Assembly: GCF_036321535.1 (NCBI RefSeq)
Contig: NC_087437.1
Span: 90,150,001-90,214,000, forward strand
Source: Camelus dromedarius
Lineage: Eukaryota
DNA length: 64,000 nt
Direction of reading: 5' to 3'
Shown here piece after piece: positions 49,810 through 61,850 of the stretch. Made by a program: the position numbers and the translations under genes. Positions within the stretch are counted from its first letter, which is position 1. Every line of letters starts with the position of its first letter. Under the pieces are notes generated by a model. It saw nothing but the letters and a program-made list of their open reading frames with translations. It had not been told where the DNA came from and did no database searches.

Positions 49810-52800
49810 TTAAGGTACTTTGTTAGACATTCTTATATATTAACACTTAAAAACTGGTAGAAACAACATTGGTTCCTTCTCTAAAAGATCATAAAATGTA
49901 GTTAAGTTTTAGGATCATTTTGCTAAGGAGTCTGACTATAATAAATGAGTAATCAAGCTAATGATATATTAATACACGTGTATGTTACCAGTCAGAGCTG
50001 AACTTTAATTTATCGTCATGGTAAAATTAAGCTGACCAGTAAAAGTGCACTATTATACTATGATACAAATGTTTTTGTCGAAATCTTTCCCATTGTGCTT
50101 TTTTCCTGAGCTGGCAATTGCTGTTACAAACTATCCTGCAGTAAACATCTCTCACTGAAATCAGCCTAAATTATTCTGATGTCCATATGTCATTTTTCAG
50201 ATGTGAGCCTGAGACATCATTAGCACTAATGATGTGAGGCTGCTTTTTGTTGATACCTATTGCTATTTAATGACCCAACTACCTGAGGCAGTTTTGATAA
50301 CTTGAAAAAAATGATAGAAAATCATCCAGTATTTGCTCCAGGAGAGATTTGATTACAAGTTGTTGACTAAGCAAGCCTACATAAAAGGTTTTCCGCTATC
50401 CTAGCAGAAATGATGAAAAACCTAGGCCTTCAAATTATTTTTGTTTGCTTCAAATGCAAATATTTGGTTATATTTCAGTTATAGTTAATATAAAATTATT
50501 TACTTTTTTCATATTTAATGGAAATGAAGGTCCTATGTTATCACTTATATATTTTAAAAAAACAAACCCATTCACTGATGCACACGCTTATAAGGAAATT
50601 AATTATGTGTGCTAAGATTTTTCTAAGAAAGTGAAAAGAATGTGGCCATAAGTATATAGAAAACCACAATATATCATTGGGACAATTAGTACTTGTCCCA
50701 CCTTACTAGCTCTTCTCAACTTACCTCAAGACATGATTGATATCTTTTCATGAATTAATGATAAACCTTTATAAAATGATTCCCTTAATGAGATGTATTG
50801 ACTCAATCAAGTATTTGAATTTTAGTTTGTAATCTGTGTCCTCAATATTGGAAGGCCATATTAAAAACATTTTCAGTAGCAATTTCAAAACTGCAGCAGG
50901 AGCAGAAAAACATGTTTCTTCAATAACAAAAATTATTTAAAATCATTAACCTAATTAACATTTTCACCTGGTCTTCATTTAATGCGCAAAGAGGCAGTTG
51001 ACGACAATAATTACTCAACTACAAACTAAGTGGTCAATTAGATACACAATTACCCAATTTGCATGCACAGAAGTGAGTGTTATCACTAAAAAGTTATTCC
51101 TAAGCATTACAGACATAGTGTAGATATAAAATTTAGTCTGTAATCAAACAATGTAACCATTGCTTTCCTTTTTTTCTAAGTATCACCTTGAGGTATATTC
51201 TCATACTCACTATTAAAATGGCTCCCTCATGTTACAAAAAATGGAAGAATGAGGTAGGCATTTTGAGAAGTTAAGCTTATTATTTTTATGTATATCACCA
51301 TTGTAGCATATCATGAATATTCCATTTATTCAAAATCATCCATACAATCATTCTTTTATTACTTTATAATTAATAATTAAACACTGATTGAGTCTTCCAC
51401 TGCAAGATTCTATTCTATGTGTAATGCAAAGATTAAGTCTCATAGGGATGTTGTATTAAGTCAAGGGGGTGATACAATGCACATACATGTCTAAAAAGAA
51501 GAGAGTGCCAAAAGCTACAGTAACAGCAAAAAACCAGTATGTAAACAATTTCTTACATATGTAACGAGGTTTACTTACAAAGTATTGAAAATGTTATAAA
51601 TGATGGGACAATGAGACTAGTTTATTTACTTATCCAGTGATTTATAAATATCATCAATTACTTAATGCATAGCAAGCCCTGTGCTAAGAAATGGGGATAA
51701 GAAGGTCAGTTTAGAGGTTTTTGAGCCAAATCCTTAATCCTACCTACAAGCTAGCAATGAGTCTTTCATCTTCCTTTAATTATTTGAATTTCCACAACCT
51801 TTTTATAACAGAGAAAACTCAGAGTACATGGAATTCAGTTTAGGACTCCACAGTACATATTTCACACAGATGTCAGTTATTTATAAAGTAGAATTTTCAT
51901 TCTAAAGTAATATACACATTTCACTTCATTGTTATGTAATAGGAATTGAAAATAATATAACTCTCCCAAGTGCTCCAAATTTATAGACCCAGGTTGCATC
52001 TTGAATGAATTTCAGTAAATATCCCCCATATTATCCATTATTTAAAAGGTCAAGTCTACAAACCTAGGGAAGAATCTCTGCCATCACAAGTTTTCAAGGA
52101 TTCCACTGTACCAGGACTTTCCACAGGTTTTTATCTAATTAGCACTAATTCTGATATATTTCTCTAGTGTGACACACTTTTAAATTGGGATATTTAATTC
52201 TCCCTATATTACAGATCTATGCTTATTATATAACACTAAATATTTACTACTTTCTCGTTCGAAAATTTGAGAGCCTGCACTTCTCAGGATCCAGCATTAT
52301 AAAGTAAGCTTGCACCTACTATCCCACTATTGACAGTTTTATCTGCAATGACATTTTGAGCAATCAGCCAGGATTATTTGGAATTTTTATTGATCCTTTC
52401 TCAGGCTTTGTTCAACAGATAGGAATCACCTATAGGTTTGACAGCATGAAGTTCTTATAGAATTCTGGCCATCAAACTTGTCCCTATAGTAGAACACTAT
52501 CAAGGAAAGCAGCTTAGAATAATAGATCCAACCGATGTGGGAACACTTCATTTTCAATGCATAACACAGTAATTTCTACTATGGCTGGATCATGTAGTAA
52601 GTGTATATTTAACTTTTAAAGAAATTGTCAAGGATGCTGATCTATCCTTTTGCTCTCCTCCACTGGTAAAATATTCATTTATGTGCAAATAATACTGCAG
52701 TACCACTAAAATAACAATAATTGGGTTTCACAGACTAACTGGGATAGCTCTTCAATGATACTATCTCCAGAAAGGAGAATCAGTGGTTTGTAATATGGGT

Positions 52801-53302
52801 TATTGTTATTTGTAGATACGGTTCTAAAGTTTTCAAATAAGCATAGAAGCTTATCTGAACTTATCTGATTCATTTTCAAAGGTACTCATTTTACCATCAT
52901 TTCTCTTGGAGGATAGAACAGGTAGGCATATCATGCAACTTAAATGCTGCCTTGAAAACAGTATTTTTAAATTAAGGTGGAGTTGTGGGTTATACTTTCT
53001 ATAAATATTTTAAACTAAAATTATTGAAACAATTCTTAGTGAAATAATGCTTTGCTTCTCAAATTAATTATCCATTCATGCATCTACTAATACAGGACTT
53101 TTCTTCTGGGATATTTATGTTCTCCTTTACTCTCTAAACAGGTTGGACAGTCTTTCATTCAGAAATATCTTTATTAGGGTCCTCAATCTCCACAAAAAGT
53201 TATTTTTGGGTAATAAAATGTGTTTCATTGAGAAATAGAATAACTTTAAATTTTTAAAAGTTTTGAATAATTTGAAGATATCATTTGTCATTTCCTCCAG
53301 AT

Positions 53303-53470
53303 TAGTGGTTCTCAAACTGAACTGTTCAGAAGAGTCATGTGGAATGTTTGCTAGAAATATATTGTCTAACATTAAATTAATAGACCAGGGTTGGACCTAG
53401 AACTTTTTACATTAAATAAGTGTCTCAACTAGTTCTGATGCTGTGGTCAGGGGCTTAAGTTAGAATTAAC
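53303..53470. mobile_element. MER5-family hAT DNA transposon remnant
   Basis: 'tagtggttctcaaactgaactgttcaagagagtcatgtggaatgtttg...ggacctagaactt...gttctgatgctgtggtc'. Confidence 0.7.
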
Positions 53471-53635
53471 ACATATATGAATGTGTGTGTGTATATATAT
53501 ACACACACACAAATCCATATTTGTGTGATAACAGGATATATGCAGTTTTTCTGTGGCATAATTGCAGTGACATTAGAAGCAGTGTAGCAAAGTAGATGGC
53601 AGTATACACAAAAATTTTGCTGTCTTTGTGAAGAG

Positions 53636-54495
53636 CTTTATTGAGATAGAATCAACAGAATAAACTATACAGATTCAAACTGCACAATCAACATACACCC
53701 ATGAAATAATGACCACAATCTAGATAATGAATATATTCATTACCTTCTAAAGTTTTTTGTGCCCTTATATTGCTGAGTAGTATTCTATTGTCTGGATAAA
53801 CTTTTCACCTGTTGATGGACATCTGGATTATTTCCAGTTTGGGGCTAATACAAATAAAACTGCTATGAACATTTGTATACACAGCTTTGTCTTGAAAATT
53901 GTATAAATAACTCTTTTCTCTTCAGTTAATAATAAGTGTGAAAGAGCTGGGTCACATAGAGAATGTGTATTTAACCTTTTACGAAACTGCCAAAGTTGTT
54001 GGAACATTTTACATTCCCATTAGCAATGTATGAATATTTCAGTTCCTCTATTTTGCTTATAAACATTTACTATGAAGAACCTTTTATAACAGTCAAAATT
54101 TTAAAGTTGTCTGCTCAGATATTTTTTAAATAGTTTGTTTCATTTCTTATTATTTTGAGAGTTTTTAAAAATACATATTCTGAATATGTCTTTTATCACA
54201 TAAAGCTAAAATATATTTTCCCTATGTTTTTCCAGAATTTTTTTTTTAATTGATGTATGGTCAGTTTACAATGTTGTGTTAATTTCTGGTTTACAGCATA
54301 GTGATTCCTTTTCATATTCTTTTTCATTACAGACTCATAGATATAGAAAACAAACTTCTTATGGTAGTCAGAATTTTTGTGTTTGTTTTAGGTTTGACTT
54401 AGTCTTTTTTTTTTGCACAGGGTAAGGTATAGGTCAATTTCCTTTTTAAGACACAGATATCTAACAGTTTTAGATCATTTGTTTAAAAGACTCCA
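53636..54495 (-). mobile_element. Old L1M (L1MB/MC-like) 3' region, interrupted by a younger mini-L1
   Basis: 'ctttattgagataga', 'ttgctgagtagtattctattgt' and 'cacctgttgatggacatctggattatttccagtttggggctaatacaaataaaactgctatgaacatttgtatac'. Confidence 0.88.
54243..54368 (-). mobile_element. Miniature L1 3' end with 5' inversion and 10-bp TSD
   Basis: Antisense tail 'tttttaattgatgtatggtcagtttacaatgttgtgttaatttctgg...' joined to sense-oriented 'acagactcatagatatagaaaacaaacttcttatggt'. TSD CAGAATTTTT at 54233-54242 and 54369-54378. Confidence 0.88.
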
Positions 54496-55529
54496 CTGAC
54501 AGGTTTACATTTTGGTAATTTAAAAATATATCATATTTCCTAATGATATATTTATTGACAACTGCATCAGGAATTCACTGAACCATTTAATGTGACCAAA
54601 ATAATTTCTTATCATTTCATTTTAAAATAGCCTTGCTTAATAATAAAATGCAATATTTATACTCCCAAGACCAGAATAGAAGTATATTTTTAAAGTCTTA
54701 AATTTCTCATAGGCCTTTTTTGGTTAAATCTCAAGGTTTAAATTTTCTTTAAAAAGAAAAAAAATACTGAAAGATACATATATATATTTAATTTCTTTAA
54801 ATAATCTTAAGTCAAAAAATATTACATAAAAAGCTAGAAGGATAAAAGGAATTCTGAAATCTTACTTACTTCTACCAACGTTGTGGGTCAAACAGAATAG
54901 ATCTCCCTACTTAGCTTTAAACTCTTTTTCTACAGCCTAAGAAAGCTGCTTTAGCATCCTAAATATAAATGATTCATATGAATTTAATTATTGCCTTTTT
55001 AAAATGTTAACATATCCATGCTTACTATTTTATCCAATCACATGGTGTCTAATAAATTTTCATAAATTGATTTTGTTGGTGAAAAAATATGAAATTGATT
55101 TGGTATTATTTGTGGTAGGAAACAAAAATATTCCTATTATATAGCATTATAATTTCATGTAAACATCCCCCCAAATTTATTGTTGTCAAATTTCAGAAGT
55201 GTTTTTTTTTAATAAGTTGGGATGTATTTATAAAGACTTTTCCTTTTTGGGGAAAATCCAGGTATATTTTTATTTTTTATATTTCAGCTAACTTACTGTA
55301 TGCATATTAGAAAAAATGCATCAGGCAATATAGAAATGAATACACAAAAAAATAAAATATGTACACTCCAGTGGTACCAGTGTTGCTGGAAGACTGCAAT
55401 AAAAATTTTAAATTCATTTGCCATCTCCAGTACTTTAAAAATATTTGAAAGTTAAAAACACACAAAAGTTTAAACAAGGTTAAATAAATCATAATAATAC
55501 AAAAAATGTGACATTATTGGTAGAGATGG

Positions 55530-55695
55530 TAAGTCTTACGAGAGTTCAAAAGAGAGAGAGCAGTATGTCTAGTTCAACATTCCTACAGTGTAACAGAAAA
55601 ACAGACTGAGAGGTTAGGTGAAGTAGCCAAGTTCAAACTGCTGGTTAGTGGCCCAAATATTTCTTGATGTTAAGGAAATCCTTGTGAGTCCAGAC
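55530..55695 (-). mobile_element. MIR fragment
   Basis: 'tctagttcaacattcctacagtgtaacagaaaaacagactgagaggttaggtgaagtagccaagttcaaactgctggttagtggc'. Confidence 0.65.
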
Positions 55696-55698
55696 ACC

Positions 55699-55724
55699 AA
55701 AAAAAAAAAAAAAAAAAAAAAAAA
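55699..55724 (+). repeat. Poly(A) tract
   Basis: About 26 uninterrupted A. Confidence 0.9.
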
Positions 55725-56218
55725 TCTAGCAATTCTTTGAAAATGTAGGGTTTCTCTTATGTGAACATGAAATAGCATTAGGAATGACTTTATTTCTACC
55801 ATATATTAAAATAATATCCTCAAGATGAATTTAATCAAGAGAACTGTGAGAAATTAGTTATCTCCTAAACAGCAGTCAAGAAAATTGATTTTTGTATTTT
55901 TAAAGATAGGTAAGAGCTGTTAAATATTACTAAGCATGAAAACTAAAACTCTAATTCTCAAATATGCCTTATTTTTTTTCAAAACAGCTAATCCAGAATT
56001 GCATGTTGTCATTTGTTGTCACAAAACATATTTTTAAGGAAAATATTAAATTCTAAATGGTTTAAGAATTACTAGTTGAATTTATGAAATACATAAAATA
56101 TTTCATGTATTTGCATTTAAATATAGTTTATATTGTTATGTAATTAATACATGTAATATATGTGTATATTTATACGTATTTATATAGATCATTTTGGAAT
56201 TTAAGAAAAATAAATGTG

Positions 56219-56535
56219 TGTATTTGCTTTTTACAGCCTCCATGATAAATTACCACAAACTAGGTGGCTTAAACAACAAACATTTATTGTGACATTTTTG
56301 GAGGCTGAAAGTCTGAATCAAAGCGTTGACAGGATTGGTGCTGGAGGACTTTTGAGAACTGCATTTCTCCTTTTAGCTTGTAGAAGACTGCCTTCTCCCT
56401 GTGTCTTTGCATAGTCTTCCTTCTGTGTGTGCAGTCTTTGTGATCAAATTACCTCTGGTCACAATGTGAGATAATGAGTTTTAGGACTGCAAGATATCTT
56501 TTTGGGAAAAGGGGGATATAATTCAATCCATAACA
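56219..56535 (-). mobile_element. MaLR LTR (MLT1A/B-like), internally deleted
   Basis: 'ataaattaccacaaactaggtggcttaaacaacaaacatttattg...ttggaggctgaaagtctga' and end 'gggggatataattcaatccataaca'. Confidence 0.9.
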
Positions 56536-57748
56536 TCAGGCTGTGGTTATATAAAATTATAGACTAATATGAATATTTTTGTACTGCATGGAAATAATAC
56601 CAAATCAATTGATGTCTATCTATCTATACAAATCTCCTGAGGAGGCTTTCTTTAAACTTAATATTTTCAAGGTTCAGTCTATCTACTAAATATTTTAATT
56701 ATTGATTTAGATGTTCAAGGATAAAATTTCATTTGCTGATTTGAGTTTGCAACATCCAAAATTTAATCCTTTCTACTTCAGAATTTGTGACACTTGAGGA
56801 AATTTCTGTGTTAAAATTTGATTGATTTGGAAGAGAAAAGCCTGTCATAATTTGATCGTTCTGCTGTATCCAGTGCGATTTGGAAATGTGGAAAAAACCC
56901 AAAAGTTGTCATTGGTTGAGCTGTCGATTTCAGAGTTTGCAATTATTGTCAGAAAATCCCAGGAAAGATGAGGCACGTTGGCAGACCAACTTGGAAATTT
57001 TCATTTTAATTCCAGCTTATACAAGCAAAGACTTACTTAAATTAAAGTCATAGTGACCTTTTCCCCCTCTAATTCATTTTTAGAAAAACAGTACATGTTA
57101 GAATCATACATAAATATACCAAAAGCCTTTTTATCGTTTAAAGATCCTTAGGGTTTTGTTTTGTTTTGTTTTGTTAGGGTCACAACAGTTTTGACCTGTA
57201 AGATATCAGATATCAGATATCACTAAGGGTTTCAGAGATACCACCGGTCATGAGAGCCGCGTTACTCTTTACCAGAGAACTGCAGAATGGCACTATTTCA
57301 CCAATTTTAAACACTTAGCTAAAAACAATGACTAGAAGGCTAATTCCTCTCTTCAAGGATATAGAAAGGAGTCTGACTTAAAACAATACTCAGAGATTCA
57401 TCTAGAAGGTTTAAAAAAGATTGCCATGTAACTTAATATTATGCCTTAAGTTTAGCTGGTAAAGTAAATTGAGAATACTGGGGATTACAAGGGGCCGTGC
57501 GAATGCCTAAATTAGCTGCCAAGAGGACAATTTCAAATGGCTACTTTTAGAATAGTTTTTACATACTTCAGACTAGAAGTGTAATTCACAGTCATGAGAT
57601 GGCATATGAATTACCGAAGAACAAGCTAAATACAATTTAGAAATAAAATTAGGATTTGCAATACATTATCAGTAGAAAACAATTGTTATCATTTGATAAA
57701 CTATCTGGTCATTATCACTGGTTTTAAATTTAGCCTACAGGACAATTG

Positions 57749-57935
57749 ATTCATTTTATATATATTCATTTTATATATATATATATATATATAAAATAAA
57801 CATTTAAAACATATAGTTTATATATAATGAAAAAATGTTTATTTTATATATTTATAAATATAGATACGTGTGTGTGTGTGTGTGTGCGTATATACATATA
57901 TACACAGAGAGAGAGAGAGAACAAGAGACAGAGAG
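57749..57935. repeat. Complex (TA)n/(GT)n/(GA)n microsatellite cluster
   Basis: Read directly; includes an inverted repeat described in findings. Confidence 0.9.
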
Positions 57936-59479
57936 AATGATTCCTTCTTTATTAAGTCACACTTTTAAAAGACTGAAACTTTAGAAGTGCAGAAGTACAG
58001 AACTATAAGCCACGACAAAGCAATTCCTCTCACCCTACAGCAACTTGTTTAATTTTAGTTGAAAAGGCAGAAGGAAACATTTTGTGACCTGAGATTACAA
58101 ACAAAATTACAAAATAAAAGACATTTAGTTATCAACCCTAATATCTTGTTCCAGACATAAATCAATCCAAACTTTTTGTGGAATTTTGTAATCATCCATT
58201 ATTCTTATTTCTTCTCACTTTCTTTGGTAATTGTGTTTATACTATGAAAAGCTATAGAACGGATTTAATTACCACCACCACCAAGCTAACATATATTTCT
58301 ATTTAAACCATGGCAAAAGCACAACAGCTTCAATGCTTAAATTTCCTAAAAACATAAGCCTGTGGACATGAGCGGACTATTGGCCTCCTTCCTGGGGTAG
58401 TCCCGGGCAGGGTGGAGGTGGGCACTAACCTTTTCTATTAAGCATTTACCACAGAAAGAGGTAAATAATCTTGACATTCTGTCAAATTGGCCAAACTTAA
58501 ATTCATTGTGAAGAATCATTCCAAGATTCACTGCAGTTATTTTATTTTTCAAAATTGATACAATTATTGATTTTATAGAATTTGTAGATATTGAAAATAA
58601 ACTCAAAATTATTGATTTGCCTTTAAAAATAGGTTTAACTCCTTAAACCTATGGGCTATTTCATTGGCTTAACTGGAAATAAACTCAGGTCATTTTAAAA
58701 GCCATTCTATCATATTTCCTACAAGAAAGATCAGTATACTAAGAGTACACTCTCCATGAGACTCAAGTCAGTCAATATATCCTTGCATACTTGTTGTGTT
58801 CTGACCATTACAACTACTCTTAAATGGAAAAAAAAAATAAACTGAATTTCCATTTTCCTAACTTTACATTTATTTTTAATTTCTGAAATACTTACATTTC
58901 ACTAGAAAAACAATAGAGATTTTAGATTTACTCGAATATATACAAAACACTTGAAATCAAAGATTACTTACTCAGTTATTGAAATTGTCTCAGTCTCTGA
59001 GAGATATTTGTCATGTTATTTTAGCCTTGAAACACAGGTTATTGAAAAAGAGGAGGGGATGGATGAAGACAGAGAAGGTTAAGAAAGGACATATTGTATC
59101 ATTCCTACTTAAACTTCTGTTGATTCAATAATAAAACTTTATTACTTTTCAAATACGAGGTCTAAGTTGTCATCAATCATTTTCTTACATGTTTAACTCT
59201 AGACTCAAATTCTAATTCGTATATTTGCTATTGAGAGCAACTTGTTAAGTCCCTTAAAGAAAGGCCCTTTGTCATTTATCTGAATCTCAATGCTGACTCA
59301 ATCACTGGAACACAGTGGGGCATAGACTGAGTTTTAAAATCAGGTCACCTGATGGAAAATTAAGTGACAACCTATCCAAGGTAGACATTCACTCTTTACT
59401 TCGTGGATTAGAAAAGTGATTCGTTGATATTAAAATCCACAAAGAGAGAGTGGAAAAAATAGAAAAATTTACTCAAGAG

Positions 59480-59605
59480 ATAAGGAGGAGGGAAGGAAAG
59501 AAGGGAGGAAGAAAAGGAAAAAATAGGAAGGAAGGAAGGAAAGATGGAGGGTGAGAGAGAGAGAGAGAGAGAGAAAGGGAGAAATGAAAGGGAGAAAGGG
59601 AGAAA
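59480..59605. repeat. Purine-rich (GGAA)n/(GA)n tract
   Basis: Read directly. Confidence 0.85.
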
Positions 59606-59719
59606 TCTTTTGAAGATCATATGCCAGACTTATGCTTAACATTCAAGATTTATTAACTCATTTAGTTCTGATATCTGAAAACAATTCTATGGAAGGGGTG
59701 TTTTTGTTTGTTTGTTTGT

Positions 59720-59850
59720 TTGTTTTCCTACAGAAGAGGATCCTGAAAATTAGAGAGGTTACAAGACATCCTCAACATGAGAGCTGGTTGGTGACTATGA
59801 TTCAAAACCACATCTCTCTGCCTCAATAGCTTGTGTTTTTGCTACCATTC
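59720..59850 (-). mobile_element. MIR fragment
   Basis: 'ctacagaagaggatcctgaaaattagagaggttacaagacatcctcaac...gattcaaaaccacatctctctgcctc'. Confidence 0.7.
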
Positions 59851-60539
59851 TATATAGAACATAAAGCAGCCTGTGTTGCTAGACTTTTCCAGGTAAGAAA
59901 AATCAGGCAAAGTTTAAACCTTCCTGCTTTGATTTTTAATTTTATGTAGACTCTTGCTCTGTGCAGAACCAGCAGCAGAGGGCAAGGGCTCGCAGAGCTG
60001 ACAGAAGAGAGCACATTGAGATAAACTGAACACACAGTTAATTAATGGGAAATAAGACTGTGACACTGCTGCTGACTTCAAAGGCCAGACTTGATGCTCC
60101 AATTTCCGTGGAAGCTGGGACAGTGGAACTAGGGAGAAGATGCTCACAGAATGTTTTTAAATATAGACATCTGCAAGTGTAAATTGGAATACAGCCAAGG
60201 TGAATATAAAACAATATGTTAGGAGAATACAAAGCAATTCCTCTTTCAACATAGAGTCATGCTCATTTAAAATATTATGTCCAGGTGATATATTTGGGGG
60301 ATTACGTTTAAAATAACCTAGGGACAATTTATGCAAAAAACAACTTGTCATATTTTATTTAGACAATGTATTTTTTTAAAGAAAGTGCTTTTTTGGTCCC
60401 TATCTCATTCACTACCATTTCTGGAGAAGAACAGCTCGAAAGGCTATGATTTATTTTGGGTGCTGTTTTCAGACCATACACAAAGTCCTTGTCAAGATTC
60501 AGCAGGACTGGATTTAACTGATACAGCCATTAAGAAGAG

Positions 60540-60700
60540 TCAAGGTAGTAGGCAGAAACAGAGTAAAGGGCTGAGGATCTAACAGACTTGATTTTGATAC
60601 TTGGTTCTGTTACTTAAGAGCTCTGTGACTTCGCATACATGACTCAAATATTTTGAACCTTAGTCCCATACACTGCTAGTAAGAGTAATAAGTATATTTT
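60540..60700 (+). mobile_element. MIR fragment
   Basis: 'cagacttgattttgatacttggttctgttacttaagagctctgtgacttcg...ttttgaaccttagt'. Confidence 0.6.
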
Positions 60701-60781
60701 CCTTTTTCTTATAAAGAGGGAAAAAAGTGAAAACACTTTGCAAACAATAAGGTCTCACACAAATCTCTATTGTTCTTGTTA

Positions 60782-61262
60782 TCTATTGATTGAGCAAATA
60801 TGTCTGGAGTACTAATTTGAGCCAGTACTCTGATAGGCACAGAAGACATAGAAGAGACTGAAGTCTCTGTCCTCTTGCTACTAAGGCTAATGGGGTGTAG
60901 ACAGAAATATAGATACATTGGCATTATTGACAGCAGCACAGTCAGTCTTACTGATCATTTTCTGCACGCTAGATTCTATATTAGGAAATAGACTTAGATT
61001 ATTTCATATCATACTGTCAACAACCTTATTCTCTCAACTACCATTATCCTCATATTGCCATATACAGGTGACTCTGGGAAGCACTGAAAGCTGGTTTAAT
61101 CAGGCTTGTACTTCAGAAAGACCATTGTGACTTTTCTAGAGGAATCAAAATAGTTGGCAAGAATATTGGAGCAAGGAAATCTAGTTATGATGCTATTGCT
61201 TTTAGCTTTATTATGAAAGAGAGAGAGATTTTCTATATATATATATATATATTTATATATTT

Positions 61263-61294
<32 letters not shown>

Positions 61295-61640
61295 ATGATT
61301 CTAGTAATATGTCATAGGTAGAATTGATATGATTTTGTAATTGCTTATTTTGGTAGTAAAAATGGGATCCAGAGAGAGGCTCATTAAACACAGAGAGGTG
61401 GTAGGAAGGTAGGAGGATTTGTTTAGACTTGGACAGGTCTTTAAATCTCCAAGGTATGTGCAAGCTGAATTGTCAGATAGGCAGTGGGCTACACAGGTCA
61501 TGAGTGAGATCTGAACTATTGAGTGATAGGTGATGACAGCTATGACACAATCTGGAGGAACACCAGTATAACAGAGCAGAAGACAGTGCAGCCTGCACAT
61601 GAGAACAAAAAGCAGTATTAAGACAATTAAGAGGAATGCT
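60782..61640 (-). mobile_element. L2 fragments interleaved with a MIR (~60940-61090) and a microsatellite
   Basis: L2 tail 'ttgattgagcaaatatgtctggagtactaatttgagccagtactctgataggcac' and body 'gtcagataggcagtgggctacacaggtcatgagtgagatctg'. Confidence 0.55.
61216..61294. repeat. (GA)n-(TA)n-(CT)n-(TA)n compound microsatellite
   Basis: Read directly. Confidence 0.9.
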
Positions 61641-61850
61641 AAGAAAACACCTAGATAAAGGAGTTAAAGGGATAGAATTTCAAGATAGATATTTCAAGAT
61701 ACATATATATATATATAAATGGATATATATAAAAATTAGAATTAAATGCTGTCAAAAAGTTTAAGTAAGGTCTTAGGGATTCCCTTTGCATCCAGTCAAA
61801 AGGAAATTGTGGATATGCTTGGTGAAGTCTTTTTGGAGGAATGGGTAGAG

